NCBI GenBank assembly: GCA_009840715.1
Contig: VXNE01000629.1
Coordinates: forward strand, 1 to 28,441
Direction of reading: 5' to 3'
From: Gammaproteobacteria bacterium
GTDB taxonomy: Bacteria > Pseudomonadota > Gammaproteobacteria > Pseudomonadales > Azotimanducaceae
DNA length: 28,441 bases
A program made the position numbers and the translations under genes. The first letter of the stretch is position 1. Each line of letters begins with the position of its first letter. The notes under the pieces are model-generated. The model was not told where the DNA came from, ran no database searches, and was given only the letters and a program-made list of their open reading frames with translations. This document shows, one piece after another, positions 1-8,586 of this stretch.

Positions 1-466
1 ACGCACCGCCTGGGTGTACACCTCCACCCGGTCGCTGGCCGGACTATGCATGTTCGGCAAGTTGACCCGTGCCACCGGATTGTCGCTGTACAGCCACTCC
101 GTGGCGTCCATCGCGTCGAGCCGGCACGCCAGGTAGTCGAACGTAAGGTATCGGGCCCGTTCGGTGCCGAGCGTGAGCGTCGGCGCCGCCGGACCGCCGC
201 GCAGGAAAATCGACACCGGCACCACGCCAGCCACGGCTGGCTCTTGCGTCGAGTTCGTAGGGGCGGGGCTCGTCCCCGCCCGTCTGGCAGATTCCGGGAG
301 GTCTGGCGCGGGCCGGGACAAGCCCGGCCCCTACGAGCCCCGGCCGGATGTGCACGTCGTCCTCCGGTCCAGGGGCTTCCTCGGCGGCAAAGAACGCCAG
401 GGCGTGCCGCGGGTAGTCGAGGATCAGGTTCTTGAAGTTCTGGTCGTGGCTGACCCGGTCCGCCAT
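1..466 (-). pseudogene. Disrupted Rpn/YhgA-like (putative PD-(D/E)XK transposase/nuclease-like) gene; interrupted by a REP doublet, frameshifted, runs off the left edge
   Basis: The N-terminal frame from ATG 466 reads MADRVSHDQNFKNLILDYPRHALAFF, and HDxxFK is the typical start of YhgA/Rpn-like proteins. A protein-like continuation (VVPVSIFLRGGPAAPTLTLGTERARYLTFDYLACRLDAMDATEWLYSDNPVARVNLPNM...) lies in a different minus frame (codons starting at 240 down to 1). That frame has a TAG inside the REP, so no single ORF joins the two parts. The family assignment is from motif recall. Confidence 0.55.
257..334. repeat. GTAG-type REP doublet (two inverted 25-nt REP units with a 28-nt spacer)
   Basis: 257-281 reads GTAG-GGGCGGGG-CTCGT-CCCCGCCC. 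The reverse complement of 310-334 reads GTAG-GGGCCGGG-CTTGT-CCCGGCCC. Each unit is a GTAG tetranucleotide plus an 8-bp hairpin stem, the canonical REP architecture. The two stems differ by a compensatory G-C/C-G swap. Confidence 0.82.
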
Positions 467-626
467 GCGTCGCGTCCGCTTCTGCGTTCGGGCGTAGCAT
501 CAGGCACAGGCCGGCGAGTGCGCCATCGGTGGTCGCTACAAGTCCTGTGAGAGATTCGCCCGCAATATGTGCGGCGATGACGCACACTGGGTGGCGCCGA
601 GATGGCAGCCCTGCCGGCCTACTGCA

Positions 627-2336
627 TCACCACGGGCGATCGCCGGCTCTGAAACCGTCCTCGCTGTCGTCGGAACCGGCCCCGCGGCGCCTGTCCCAGG
701 CCTTGGCGATCAGCTCCAGTTGCTCCGTTCGCAAGCGGTTGCCAACGACGAGCGTCGGGCCGAGTTCCATGTAAGGCTCGTCCTCCAGGTTGAAGGCCGG
801 CCACTCGGGTAGCGGCCCGCCGTTCGGGTCCCCGGTCCTGGCGAAGCGGACCCAGGTTTCGGCGAGCATGGACGAGAACTCCCGGTCGGCGTCCGTCGGC
901 ATGGCCCGGAAGCCCTCCAGGTCACCGAGCAGATACATCTGGAAGGACCCGTGAAAGGCGCCGTAGTACTCGGCGTTGGGCACGGGCGGGCGCCAACTGA
1001 ACCAGTACAGGAACGCGTCGCTCTCGACGTTGGTCATGCCCCTCGCCCAGGCGCGCATGGGGTAGTTGAAGTTCATGTCGTTCAGGAGGTCCTGCCAGGA
1101 TCGGGTGGCCTCCTCGTCGGTCGCGGCCGGGTACTGCGAAGCCAGTTCCTCCCGTGCCTCGGGAAGCATCGCGGCGGCGAACATCCGGAACCCCCGAATC
1201 CCGGGCGCCATCACTTTCGCGAGCTGTTCCACTGGCGCGGAAGACTCGTCGGAAGTGGAGCCGACCATGGTCGGCACGTCGGCCTGGTTGCCGGTGGCGA
1301 ACGTCGTCGCCACGTCCTGCACGAGGACCTCTCCGTCGACCATCGGCAGGTATTCGTACACGGAGAAGTCGCGGCTCGACTGGGCAGTGTCCAGGACCCG
1401 CTCGGCAGGCACGCCGCGCAAGGCCGCGAGTGACTGGTCCCCCCCTTCGCCGGCGACGGCAGCGGCAAACCGCAGGCCGTTGGACTCGCCGGAGGGCGCG
1501 AAGGGCTGATCCCGGGTCCGGTGCCGCATGGGATGGAACGGAGCGCCGCTCTGGCCGATGGCGCGATGGAACAGACCCCGCGCCAGCGGACTGGCCTGCA
1601 GGACGGCCACGCTCGTGCCGCCCGAGGACTCGCCCAGGATGGTGACGTTGTCCGGGTCACCGCCGAAGCTGGCGATGTTGCCCCGCACCCATCGCAGGGC
1701 CTGGATCTGGTCGCGGAAGCCCTGGTTCCCGGAAACGCCCTTGGGACTCTCGGCGCTCAGTTCCGGGTGCGCGAAGAATCCGAGTTGGCCGAGGCGATAG
1801 TTGAACGTAACGAACACGGCACCTTTCCCCGCAAGCTGCCAGCCCGCGTGCTTGGAACCCGCGCCCCCTACCAGTCCGCCGCCATGTATCCACACCATTA
1901 CCGGCCGTCGCTCGTCAGGGCGGTCCGCTTCGGTCCAGACGTTCAACGTCAGGCAGTCCTCGCTCTGCCGATTCGGCGGCCTGTTCTGCTGGGCGGCGTA
2001 GAACGGTACGCTCATGGCGCGGCGCTGCATGCAGATGGGGCCGGGAGCGCCGGCGTCGCGGACGCCTTCCCAGGGTACGACCGGCGCGGGCGGCGCCCAG
2101 CGCAGGTCTCCCACGGGCGGCGCCGCATACGGAATGCCGTGGTACTGCTTCAGGCCGCCGGGGGACGTGTCACCGGTCCCGCGGATCGCGCCACCCGTCA
2201 CCTGGACGTCCAGGGCGAGAGTCGGCGGCTCGGCCGGGGATTCCGTCGCCGGTTCGGAACAGCCGGCGAGCAACGCCGCCAGGCAGAAGAGCGAAACCCC
2301 GACGGAACGGGACAAGCCGATGGACCCGCACGACAT
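627..2336 (-). CDS. Type-B carboxylesterase/lipase family protein, predicted lipoprotein (~569 aa)
   Basis: Motifs GIPYAAPPVGDLRW, SEDCLTLNVW, VWIHGGG (oxyanion hole), GESSGG (nucleophile elbow), GSTSDE (acid) and GAFHG (His). The N-terminus from ATG 2336 has a hydrophobic stretch ending in the lipobox LAGC. The ORF-track start at 3053 overlaps the next gene and was not used. Confidence 0.92.
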   Translation of the reverse strand: MSCGSIGLSRSVGVSLFCLAALLAGCSEPATESPAEPPTLALDVQVTGGAIRGTGDTSPGGLKQYHGIPYAAPPVGDLRWAPPAPVVPWEGVRDAGAPGPICMQRRAMSVPFYAAQQNRPPNRQSEDCLTLNVWTEADRPDERRPVMVWIHGGGLVGGAGSKHAGWQLAGKGAVFVTFNYRLGQLGFFAHPELSAESPKGVSGNQGFRDQIQALRWVRGNIASFGGDPDNVTILGESSGGTSVAVLQASPLARGLFHRAIGQSGAPFHPMRHRTRDQPFAPSGESNGLRFAAAVAGEGGDQSLAALRGVPAERVLDTAQSSRDFSVYEYLPMVDGEVLVQDVATTFATGNQADVPTMVGSTSDESSAPVEQLAKVMAPGIRGFRMFAAAMLPEAREELASQYPAATDEEATRSWQDLLNDMNFNYPMRAWARGMTNVESDAFLYWFSWRPPVPNAEYYGAFHGSFQMYLLGDLEGFRAMPTDADREFSSMLAETWVRFARTGDPNGGPLPEWPAFNLEDEPYMELGPTLVVGNRLRTEQLELIAKAWDRRRGAGSDDSEDGFRAGDRPW

Positions 2337-2350
2337 GGCCGGAGCCGCCC

Positions 2351-3268
2351 CTACGCGTGCACCGCCTTCGGCAGCGGATAGACCTGCGACTGGTACGGGC
2401 TCCCGAAACCGGCCAGTTCCCGGAACGTCGCCGGGTCGGCGCAGTCGTCCGCCAGTTCCTGCGGGAAGTGATTGGGGATGTCGTCCTGCGGCAGGATCGA
2501 CATGTGCCGGTAGTAGTTGGCGATGGTCACGCGCAGCCCGGGTGTCTTCTTCGGGTAGGCGCCGTGCCAGAGGGCGCCGTGGAATGCGATGAGGGACCCG
2601 CGCGGACACTCGACGGGAACGGCTTCGTCCGCCGCGTTCTCGTCCGGGTGGCCCTTGCGCAGGTGCGAGCCCGGCACGCAGGCGAAGGCGCCGTCTTCCC
2701 GCGTGTAGTCCGTCAGGCACCAGTTGCAGTTGGCGTTCAGCGCCTTCTCGCCCCAGGGCAGGGGGATGCCCCCCTGGTCCACGTGCAGGCCGAGGGAATC
2801 CCCGTACCCGTCTCCCGCCCACTTGATGAAGGAGTTGTGCGAACTGAACCGGGCCGCCCACGCCTCGGCGCCGACGAGCGGGTGCCCGAAGCTGCCGATC
2901 ATGTAGCGGATCAGGGCGGTGCCCACCGGGTTGACCGCGAGGTCGCGGAAGGCGCGGTGATAGGTGCACAGTTGCATCAACTGGAACTGGCTGGGCGTCG
3001 CACCCGACCGCAGCTCGAGGACGCCGCGGAAGTCCCCGTAGTCGAGTTCGCACTCGGGGCCGCCCTCGACCGTGAACCCGCAGCCGATGTACTCCTCCGA
3101 CTTGTCGAGCAGCAACCGCACGAGTTCGTCGACGTGCGCCGTCGTGACCCCGGTCACCTCCGGCGGCACCACCGCGTAGCCCCGCTCGTCGATCTGCTCG
3201 ACGTAGGGCCGAAGCCCCAGTTCGGCGATGGTCTCCTGGAGTTCGTCCATCCTGGTCCTGACGGTCAT
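2351..3268 (-). CDS. Phytanoyl-CoA dioxygenase (PhyH)-family Fe(II)/2-oxoglutarate dioxygenase (~300 aa)
   Basis: QIDERGYAVV N-terminal motif, LHVDQ (HxD), NCNWCLTDYTREDGAFACVPGSHL, LWHGA (distal His) and a downstream Arg (GLRVT). The start is 3268 or 3250; the latter has AGGA upstream. No signal peptide. Confidence 0.87.
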   Translation of the reverse strand: MTVRTRMDELQETIAELGLRPYVEQIDERGYAVVPPEVTGVTTAHVDELVRLLLDKSEEYIGCGFTVEGGPECELDYGDFRGVLELRSGATPSQFQLMQLCTYHRAFRDLAVNPVGTALIRYMIGSFGHPLVGAEAWAARFSSHNSFIKWAGDGYGDSLGLHVDQGGIPLPWGEKALNANCNWCLTDYTREDGAFACVPGSHLRKGHPDENAADEAVPVECPRGSLIAFHGALWHGAYPKKTPGLRVTIANYYRHMSILPQDDIPNHFPQELADDCADPATFRELAGFGSPYQSQVYPLPKAVHA

Positions 3269-3415
3269 GGTCGCGTGTGGTCCGTGTCGTGCCTTGGGAA
3301 TAGCCTTATAGTGCCCTGCGCGGAGCCCATCGGCCAGAGTCTGAGACATGAACGTAGCACGAAAGGCCGGCGACGCGTTGGCGGGACATACCACCAGGTC
3401 GGCCGGGTTTTCTCG
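3269..3415. promoter_or_regulatory. Divergent intergenic region between the PhyH/esterase unit (-) and the GntR/CocE unit (+); likely holds both promoters
   Basis: Based on gene orientation and locally AT-richer sequence (e.g. GGGAATAGCCTTATAGT). No convincing -35/-10 pair or operator was resolved. Confidence 0.4.
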
Positions 3416-4084
3416 ATGAGCGTATTGCCAAAAGTGGAAAACCAGACGCTGCATGCGCGCGTCTACCAGGAACTCCGCAACGCCATCATCCGAGGCCACT
3501 TCGCGCCGGGCGAAGTTGTCACCATTCGCCGCCTGGCAGCGGAACTCGGCACCAGCGTAATGCCCGTGCGTGAAGCGATACACCGCCTCATTTCGGAGCG
3601 CGCGATCGAGATGCAGGGCAGCCGTTCCATGCGCATCGCGCTGCTGACGCGGGAGAAGATCGAGGACCTGATCAAGGTGCGCTCGATGATCGAACCGGAG
3701 GCCGTGTACCTCGCCGCCGAGCGCATCGGCGAGGAGGACATACTGGAGCTGGAGGTGCTGAACCGGAAGCTCGTCAAGGCCATCCTGCACGGCAACGTGG
3801 ACGACAAGCTGCTCGCGAACCGGGCGTTTCACTTCGCCGTCTACCGGATCGCGGCCTCCCCGATGCTGTTGCAGGTCATCGACTCGCTCTGGCTGCAGAG
3901 CGGTCCGTACCTGCAGTCCCTGTTTGCCAGCGCCGGCCGCTTCCGCGAGGAACTCGGCACGGAGTACATCAACGACGAGCTGATCGAAGCCTTCCGGAGG
4001 GGCGATGCCGAACTCGCCAAACGCGTTCGCCAGCAGGACATCCGCCTGTCGGCCGCGTGGTACCTGGACCATCTCGATGCGTAG
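3416..4084 (+). CDS. GntR-family transcriptional regulator with FCD C-terminal domain (222 aa)
   Basis: VYQELRNAIIRGHFAPGEVVTIRRLAAELGTSVMPVREAIHRL (winged HTH), followed by FCD features (IRSMIE-like KVRSMIEP, NRAFHFAVY). Confidence 0.92.
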   Translation: MSVLPKVENQTLHARVYQELRNAIIRGHFAPGEVVTIRRLAAELGTSVMPVREAIHRLISERAIEMQGSRSMRIALLTREKIEDLIKVRSMIEPEAVYLAAERIGEEDILELEVLNRKLVKAILHGNVDDKLLANRAFHFAVYRIAASPMLLQVIDSLWLQSGPYLQSLFASAGRFREELGTEYINDELIEAFRRGDAELAKRVRQQDIRLSAAWYLDHLDA

Positions 4085-6236
4085 CGGTGGATGGCGTGTC
4101 CCGTGCCTTGTCGCGGCCTTCGGTTGGCTGTCGATGTTTCCTGGCACCGGTTTCGCGGCGGCGGATGACGTCCCGCCCGAACTCTGCCCCATAGCGGCAG
4201 GAGATCGGGTGACCGCGCCGGTGTCGCGCTTTGGCTGCTATGCGGGCTACAGCGAGCCGGCCCATACCGAGTTTCACAGGGAGTCCCGCTACCTGGCAAC
4301 GCGAGACGGGACGAAACTCGCGGTCGATATCTACCGGCCGATGGAAGGCGGGAAGCCGGTGGCGACACCTCTGCCGGTCATCTTCAGCTATGCGCGTTAC
4401 TGGCGCGCCACGGAGAACCCCGACGGATCGATTACCACCGCCCTCGGCGTACTGCCGCCAGGCGCCAACTCAGCTCCCATCGACACGGGCATTGCCATGA
4501 CCAACGTGCCCAACCTGGTTCGCCACGGCTACGTCTACGTGCGCGCCACCTCCAGGGGCGCCGGCGCGTCCTACGGCACGCGTGAGAGCGACATGACCGG
4601 TCTCGAGGCCAGGGACGGACACGACGTCGTGGAATGGATCGCCCGGCAGCCGTGGTCGGACGGAAAAGTCGGGATGCGCGGCGCGTCCTATCCCGGCATG
4701 GCGCAGCACCTGACGGCCAGCGCCGCGCCGCCGCACCTGGTGGCCGTGTTTCCCGGGGTCGCGCCCTTTGACGAGTACGATTCCAGTTGGGCGGGCACCG
4801 GCATCCTGCGCAAGTACGGCCTCTCCTGGCTCGCCCGCGAAGCCCAGAAGGACGAGGTGCTGGAAGGGGTGGCGGGCTCCAGCGTCAACCCGCTCAGGCC
4901 GAACGTCCAGAGGGTGGCGCGCGTGGACGCCGATGTGGACGGCGGCATGCGGGCGGCCGCGTACCGGGAACGCCAGACGGCCACGGGCACCGATCCCCTG
5001 CGCTACTTCACGCTGCAGTCGCCGGAGTCGGCGCGGATGCTGGACGCGTTGCGGGAAGCCGCGGGCGGGATCGGCATCCCTGGAATGATCGAACTGCTGT
5101 ATTCGTCCCGGGCGCTGGGCGAGCTGCTCGGCGAACACCCCGGGCTGGCGGACAGGCTGAGGAGCTTTCACTACTACCGCGACGCTTCCCCGATGCTCGC
5201 CGCGGCGCAGCCGGTAGGTCCGAACACCCTGTCCAACCTGATGCCGGCGATCAACCGTTCCAGGATCGCGACGTACAACTGGGGTGGATGGTTCGACTTC
5301 GCCGCGCAGGACACGACGCTCTGGCACGTGAACAACCGCAACCAGAAGAAGCTGACGATGGGGCCCTGGACCCACGGTCCGAACGAGCCGGACAACCCGC
5401 GGGAAGCCTCCCAGTTGCCCCTGCTCGCCATCGAGGAACTGCGCTGGTTCGACTACTGGCTGAAGGGGATCGAGAACGGCGTGATGGACGATCCGCCGGT
5501 CCACTACGCCGTCATGGACGAGCCGCAGAGGTGGACCTGGGAATCCGCGCCGGACTGGCCGCCGGAGGACACGACCCCGGTATCGTTCTACCTCGACGCC
5601 GCGGGCAACGGCCTCTCCACCACCAGGCCGGAGGTGGCGGGCAGGTCCCCGTACCGGGTCGATTATCACGTGACCATGGGGGAATCCACGCGCTATCACG
5701 ACTCCATCGGCATGGGGCCGATGCGCTACGAGGACCTGAACGGACATGCCGAACGATCCCTGGTCTTCGAGACCGCCCCGTTCGAGCGGGATCGCGTCGT
5801 GGTGGGGCATCCTGTCGTGGAGCTGTTCGTGACCTCCTCGGAGGGGGACATCGAAGTCAATGCGTACCTGCAGGAGGTCGACGAGCGCGGCGAGCCGTTC
5901 TACCTGACCGACGGCATCATCCGCTCGTCGCACCGCAAGCTGGGACACCCGCCCTACGACAAGATGGGGTTGCCGTGGCTGGACGGTTCGCGGGCCGCGG
6001 TGGAAAGCACACCGCCCCTCACCGACACTGCGCCGTCCGTGCTGAAGTTCACCATGTATCCGACGGCGGCACGGTTCCAGCGAGGCCACAGGCTGCGCAT
6101 CGTCATCACCGGGGCCGACGCGCACTCGAACCTGACCATTCCCTACGACCCGCCGCCGGAGATCACCGTGTGGACCGGCTCCGACGCCGCGTCCAGGATC
6201 GTGCTTCCCATGCGAGGGACCGCTGCAAATATGTGA
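4077..6236 (+). CDS. CocE/NonD-family (peptidase S15-like) alpha/beta hydrolase, exported (~719 aa)
   Basis: RDGTKLAVDIYRP, RGAGASYG, DVVEWIARQPWSDGKVGMRGASYPG (GxSYxG nucleophile), GGWFD (acid), GPWTHG (His) and a C-terminal beta-domain (FETAPFERDRVVVGHP...RFQRGHRLRIVI). Signal peptide from ATG 4077 ends ...TGFA; the start overlaps the GntR stop by 8 bp. Confidence 0.92.
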   Translation: MRSGGWRVPCLVAAFGWLSMFPGTGFAAADDVPPELCPIAAGDRVTAPVSRFGCYAGYSEPAHTEFHRESRYLATRDGTKLAVDIYRPMEGGKPVATPLPVIFSYARYWRATENPDGSITTALGVLPPGANSAPIDTGIAMTNVPNLVRHGYVYVRATSRGAGASYGTRESDMTGLEARDGHDVVEWIARQPWSDGKVGMRGASYPGMAQHLTASAAPPHLVAVFPGVAPFDEYDSSWAGTGILRKYGLSWLAREAQKDEVLEGVAGSSVNPLRPNVQRVARVDADVDGGMRAAAYRERQTATGTDPLRYFTLQSPESARMLDALREAAGGIGIPGMIELLYSSRALGELLGEHPGLADRLRSFHYYRDASPMLAAAQPVGPNTLSNLMPAINRSRIATYNWGGWFDFAAQDTTLWHVNNRNQKKLTMGPWTHGPNEPDNPREASQLPLLAIEELRWFDYWLKGIENGVMDDPPVHYAVMDEPQRWTWESAPDWPPEDTTPVSFYLDAAGNGLSTTRPEVAGRSPYRVDYHVTMGESTRYHDSIGMGPMRYEDLNGHAERSLVFETAPFERDRVVVGHPVVELFVTSSEGDIEVNAYLQEVDERGEPFYLTDGIIRSSHRKLGHPPYDKMGLPWLDGSRAAVESTPPLTDTAPSVLKFTMYPTAARFQRGHRLRIVITGADAHSNLTIPYDPPPEITVWTGSDAASRIVLPMRGTAANM

Positions 6237-6244
6237 TCACATAT
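6229..6244. promoter_or_regulatory. Perfect 16-bp palindrome ATATGTGATCACATAT, candidate transcription-factor operator for the downstream TBDR
   Basis: The palindrome is read directly from the sequence. It is AT-rich in a GC-rich context, lies 64 bp before GTG 6308 and 20 bp before a -10-like TAGTAT (6265-6270), and fits the GntR-family pattern (A/T)n-GT-Nx-AC-(A/T)n. Confidence 0.6.
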
Positions 6245-6307
6245 CGTGGCCGTGCGGGAAGGTGTAGTATCGTCCGAAGCGATCGATTCAGTCCGAGGGA
6301 GGCTATC

Positions 6308-8554
6308 GTGACCGGCAAATTCCGCTCGATCGGAGCGACAAGCGCTCGCACCCTGACGAGACCCGCAGCCTGGCTAAGCGCGGTGGCGCTGGTCGCCTTC
6401 GGCGGCGTCCAGGGTGCGTACGCGGAGGAAGAAACCGACGCCGGCGTGCTCGAGGAAATCCTCGTCACGGCCACGAAGCGGGAGAGCGCCATCCAGGACG
6501 TGCCGATCAGCATGGCGGCGTTCACCCAGGAAGACCTCATCGAGATGGGGGCGGTGGAGTTCGCCGATTACGCCACCGCCGTGCCCAACCTCTCCTTCGG
6601 CTTCTCCGGGGAGGGGCGGCAAACCTCCCGCCAGTTCCAGGTGCGGGGCATTTTCGGCGCCAGCACGTCGGCCCTGTACATCAACGACACGCCGGTCCCG
6701 ATCACCATGGACCCCCGCGTGCTGGACGTCGAACGCGTCGAAGTCCTGCGCGGCCCCCAGGGATCGTTGTTCGGCTCCCGCTCCATGGGAGGCCTGGTGC
6801 GGCTGGTGACCAGGCAACCCGACCCGGAGGAGTCGTACGGTTCCCTGCATGCCCGCGCCGGCACGGTGAAAGACGGCGGTGAGGACTACCTGGTGGACGG
6901 GTCCTTCAACATCCCCCTCGCCGATGGCAAGGCGGCGTTGCGCGGGTCCGCCTACTATGTCGCGGACGCCGGTTTCATCGATCGCCTCGTGGACCCGGAC
7001 AACTCCATCGTGGGCGGCGGAGACCCCAGCGGGGACGAGTACACGTCCAGCGAGATCAACGAAGACCGGACCACCGGCTTTCAACTGTCCCTCGGGGTAC
7101 AGGCCTCGGACAACGTGTACATCAATCCCGGCGTCATCTACCAGAAGTTCGAATCCGACGGCCCCGCCTTCGTGGACAACGAGATAGACAACTTCGTGAA
7201 GGTACGCCAGCACAACCTCGACGAGACGGGGGAGGACGAGTACTACCTGTTGAGCCTGGATCTCGAGATCGGGCTGGAGGCGGGCGCCATCCTGTCGTCG
7301 ACCACTTTCTTCAACCGGGAGACGGAAGACCTGGAAGACGGTACCCAGGCGATCGCGTTCCTGGGGCTCGCAACGGTCCCGGTGCGCACCATCGAAGCCG
7401 GCGACTCCGACCGCGTCACCCAGGAAATCCGCTTCGTCTCGGAGTTCGACGGGCCCTTTCAACTGGTGGCCGGCGGGTTCTACCAGAGCGTCGAACTCGA
7501 CGGCGGTTTCCCGCCGGAGTCGTTCGTGGAACCGGGCACCGCCATGGACCTGTTTTTCGGCTTCGGCGGCCGCTCGTTCTTTTCGCTGCTGGTGGAGAGC
7601 GAGAGCGAAGAGATCGGTCTTTTCGGGGAAGCCAGCTATGACCTCAACGACCAGTTGACGTTCATTGCCGGCGGCCGCTGGTTCGACATAGAAGTCGAGT
7701 CGTCGCGCAAGGACGGCGGAGCCCTCTTCGACCTGTATGGCACCGGCGAGATCGCGGGCGCGGAACTCAGCCTGTCGGAAGACGGGTTCAACCCGCGGGT
7801 CGGCCTGCAGTGGTTACCCAATTCGGACGTGAACGTGTACGCCAACGCCGCCAAGGGCTACCGGCCCGGCGGGATCAACTCGGCGGCCACGGCCTGCGAG
7901 ATACTCGGCGTCACGAACGTACCGTCTTCCTACGACTCGGACGACCTCTGGAGCTACGAGGTGGGAGTCAAGACGGGCCTGGCCGACAATCGCGTGACGC
8001 TGAATGTCGCCGCTTTCACGATGGACTGGAACGACTTCCGGTCTCCCACCATCAACTGCGGGCTCGGGTTCGGCGCCTCGGAGAACACCGGTGAAGCGGA
8101 GAGCAGGGGCTTCGAGGTGGACGTCGTCCTGACGCCTGGCGCCGGGTTCACGGTCGCCGCCGGCGTCGGCTACACCAATACCAAGATCACCGACGCCGGA
8201 GCGGCGACCAGCATCGCCGAAGGCGACCCGCTGCCCAACGTGCCCGAGTGGACCGCCGTCGTGACCGTCAACCACGATTTCCGCTTGAACAACGGCCTGG
8301 ACCTGTTCTGGCGCGCTGACTACCGCTACATCGACAGCAGTGTCAGCCGCAGCGGCCTGCATCGGCCGGCCTACCGGTTGGTGAACCTGCGCGGCGGCGT
8401 GCGCCTGGACAGGATGGACATCGCGGTGTACCTGGAAAATGTCACGAACGAACACGCCAATCTCGCCGACCCCAACGAGTTGTCCGACGGGCTGAACCTG
8501 CTCGCGGTCAACCGTCCGTTCACCGCCGGCGTGGATTTGCGCTACCGGTTCTAG
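6308..8554 (+). CDS. TonB-dependent receptor 1 (~748 aa)
   Basis: GTG start with GGAGG RBS, signal peptide ending AYA, TonB box LEEILVTATKRE, plug motif VERVEVLRGPQGSLFG, YAN..KGYRPGG, beta-barrel periodicity and C-terminal YRF. Confidence 0.94.
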   Translation: MTGKFRSIGATSARTLTRPAAWLSAVALVAFGGVQGAYAEEETDAGVLEEILVTATKRESAIQDVPISMAAFTQEDLIEMGAVEFADYATAVPNLSFGFSGEGRQTSRQFQVRGIFGASTSALYINDTPVPITMDPRVLDVERVEVLRGPQGSLFGSRSMGGLVRLVTRQPDPEESYGSLHARAGTVKDGGEDYLVDGSFNIPLADGKAALRGSAYYVADAGFIDRLVDPDNSIVGGGDPSGDEYTSSEINEDRTTGFQLSLGVQASDNVYINPGVIYQKFESDGPAFVDNEIDNFVKVRQHNLDETGEDEYYLLSLDLEIGLEAGAILSSTTFFNRETEDLEDGTQAIAFLGLATVPVRTIEAGDSDRVTQEIRFVSEFDGPFQLVAGGFYQSVELDGGFPPESFVEPGTAMDLFFGFGGRSFFSLLVESESEEIGLFGEASYDLNDQLTFIAGGRWFDIEVESSRKDGGALFDLYGTGEIAGAELSLSEDGFNPRVGLQWLPNSDVNVYANAAKGYRPGGINSAATACEILGVTNVPSSYDSDDLWSYEVGVKTGLADNRVTLNVAAFTMDWNDFRSPTINCGLGFGASENTGEAESRGFEVDVVLTPGAGFTVAAGVGYTNTKITDAGAATSIAEGDPLPNVPEWTAVVTVNHDFRLNNGLDLFWRADYRYIDSSVSRSGLHRPAYRLVNLRGGVRLDRMDIAVYLENVTNEHANLADPNELSDGLNLLAVNRPFTAGVDLRYRF

Positions 8555-8586
8555 GCGCCAGCGCATATAGGGCGAGGAGCGGGGCG

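Noticed and set aside
257-334. REP doublet as a CRISPR array or a tRNA/ncRNA
   Set aside because: There are only two units, in inverted orientation, with no cas genes and no cloverleaf. The GTAG-plus-hairpin layout is that of a REP.
554-578. Imperfect hairpin (CCGCA-ATATG-TGCGG core) downstream of the esterase as an intrinsic terminator
   Set aside because: The stem is short and there is no U-tract on either strand.
2345-2355. 11-bp exact match (CCGCCCCTACG) to the end of the REP unit at the PhyH stop codon
   Set aside because: There is no hairpin or second arm. A short GC-rich match that includes the TAG stop is plausible by chance.
4787-6307. Apparent 507-aa N-terminal extension making TBDR1 a 1255-aa protein
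   Set aside because: It overlaps the CocE gene in another frame. A GGAGG RBS, GTG start and signal peptide at 6308 define the real start. The same logic applies to the extensions of ORFs 627-3053, 2351-4192, 20860-23511 and 25247-26539.
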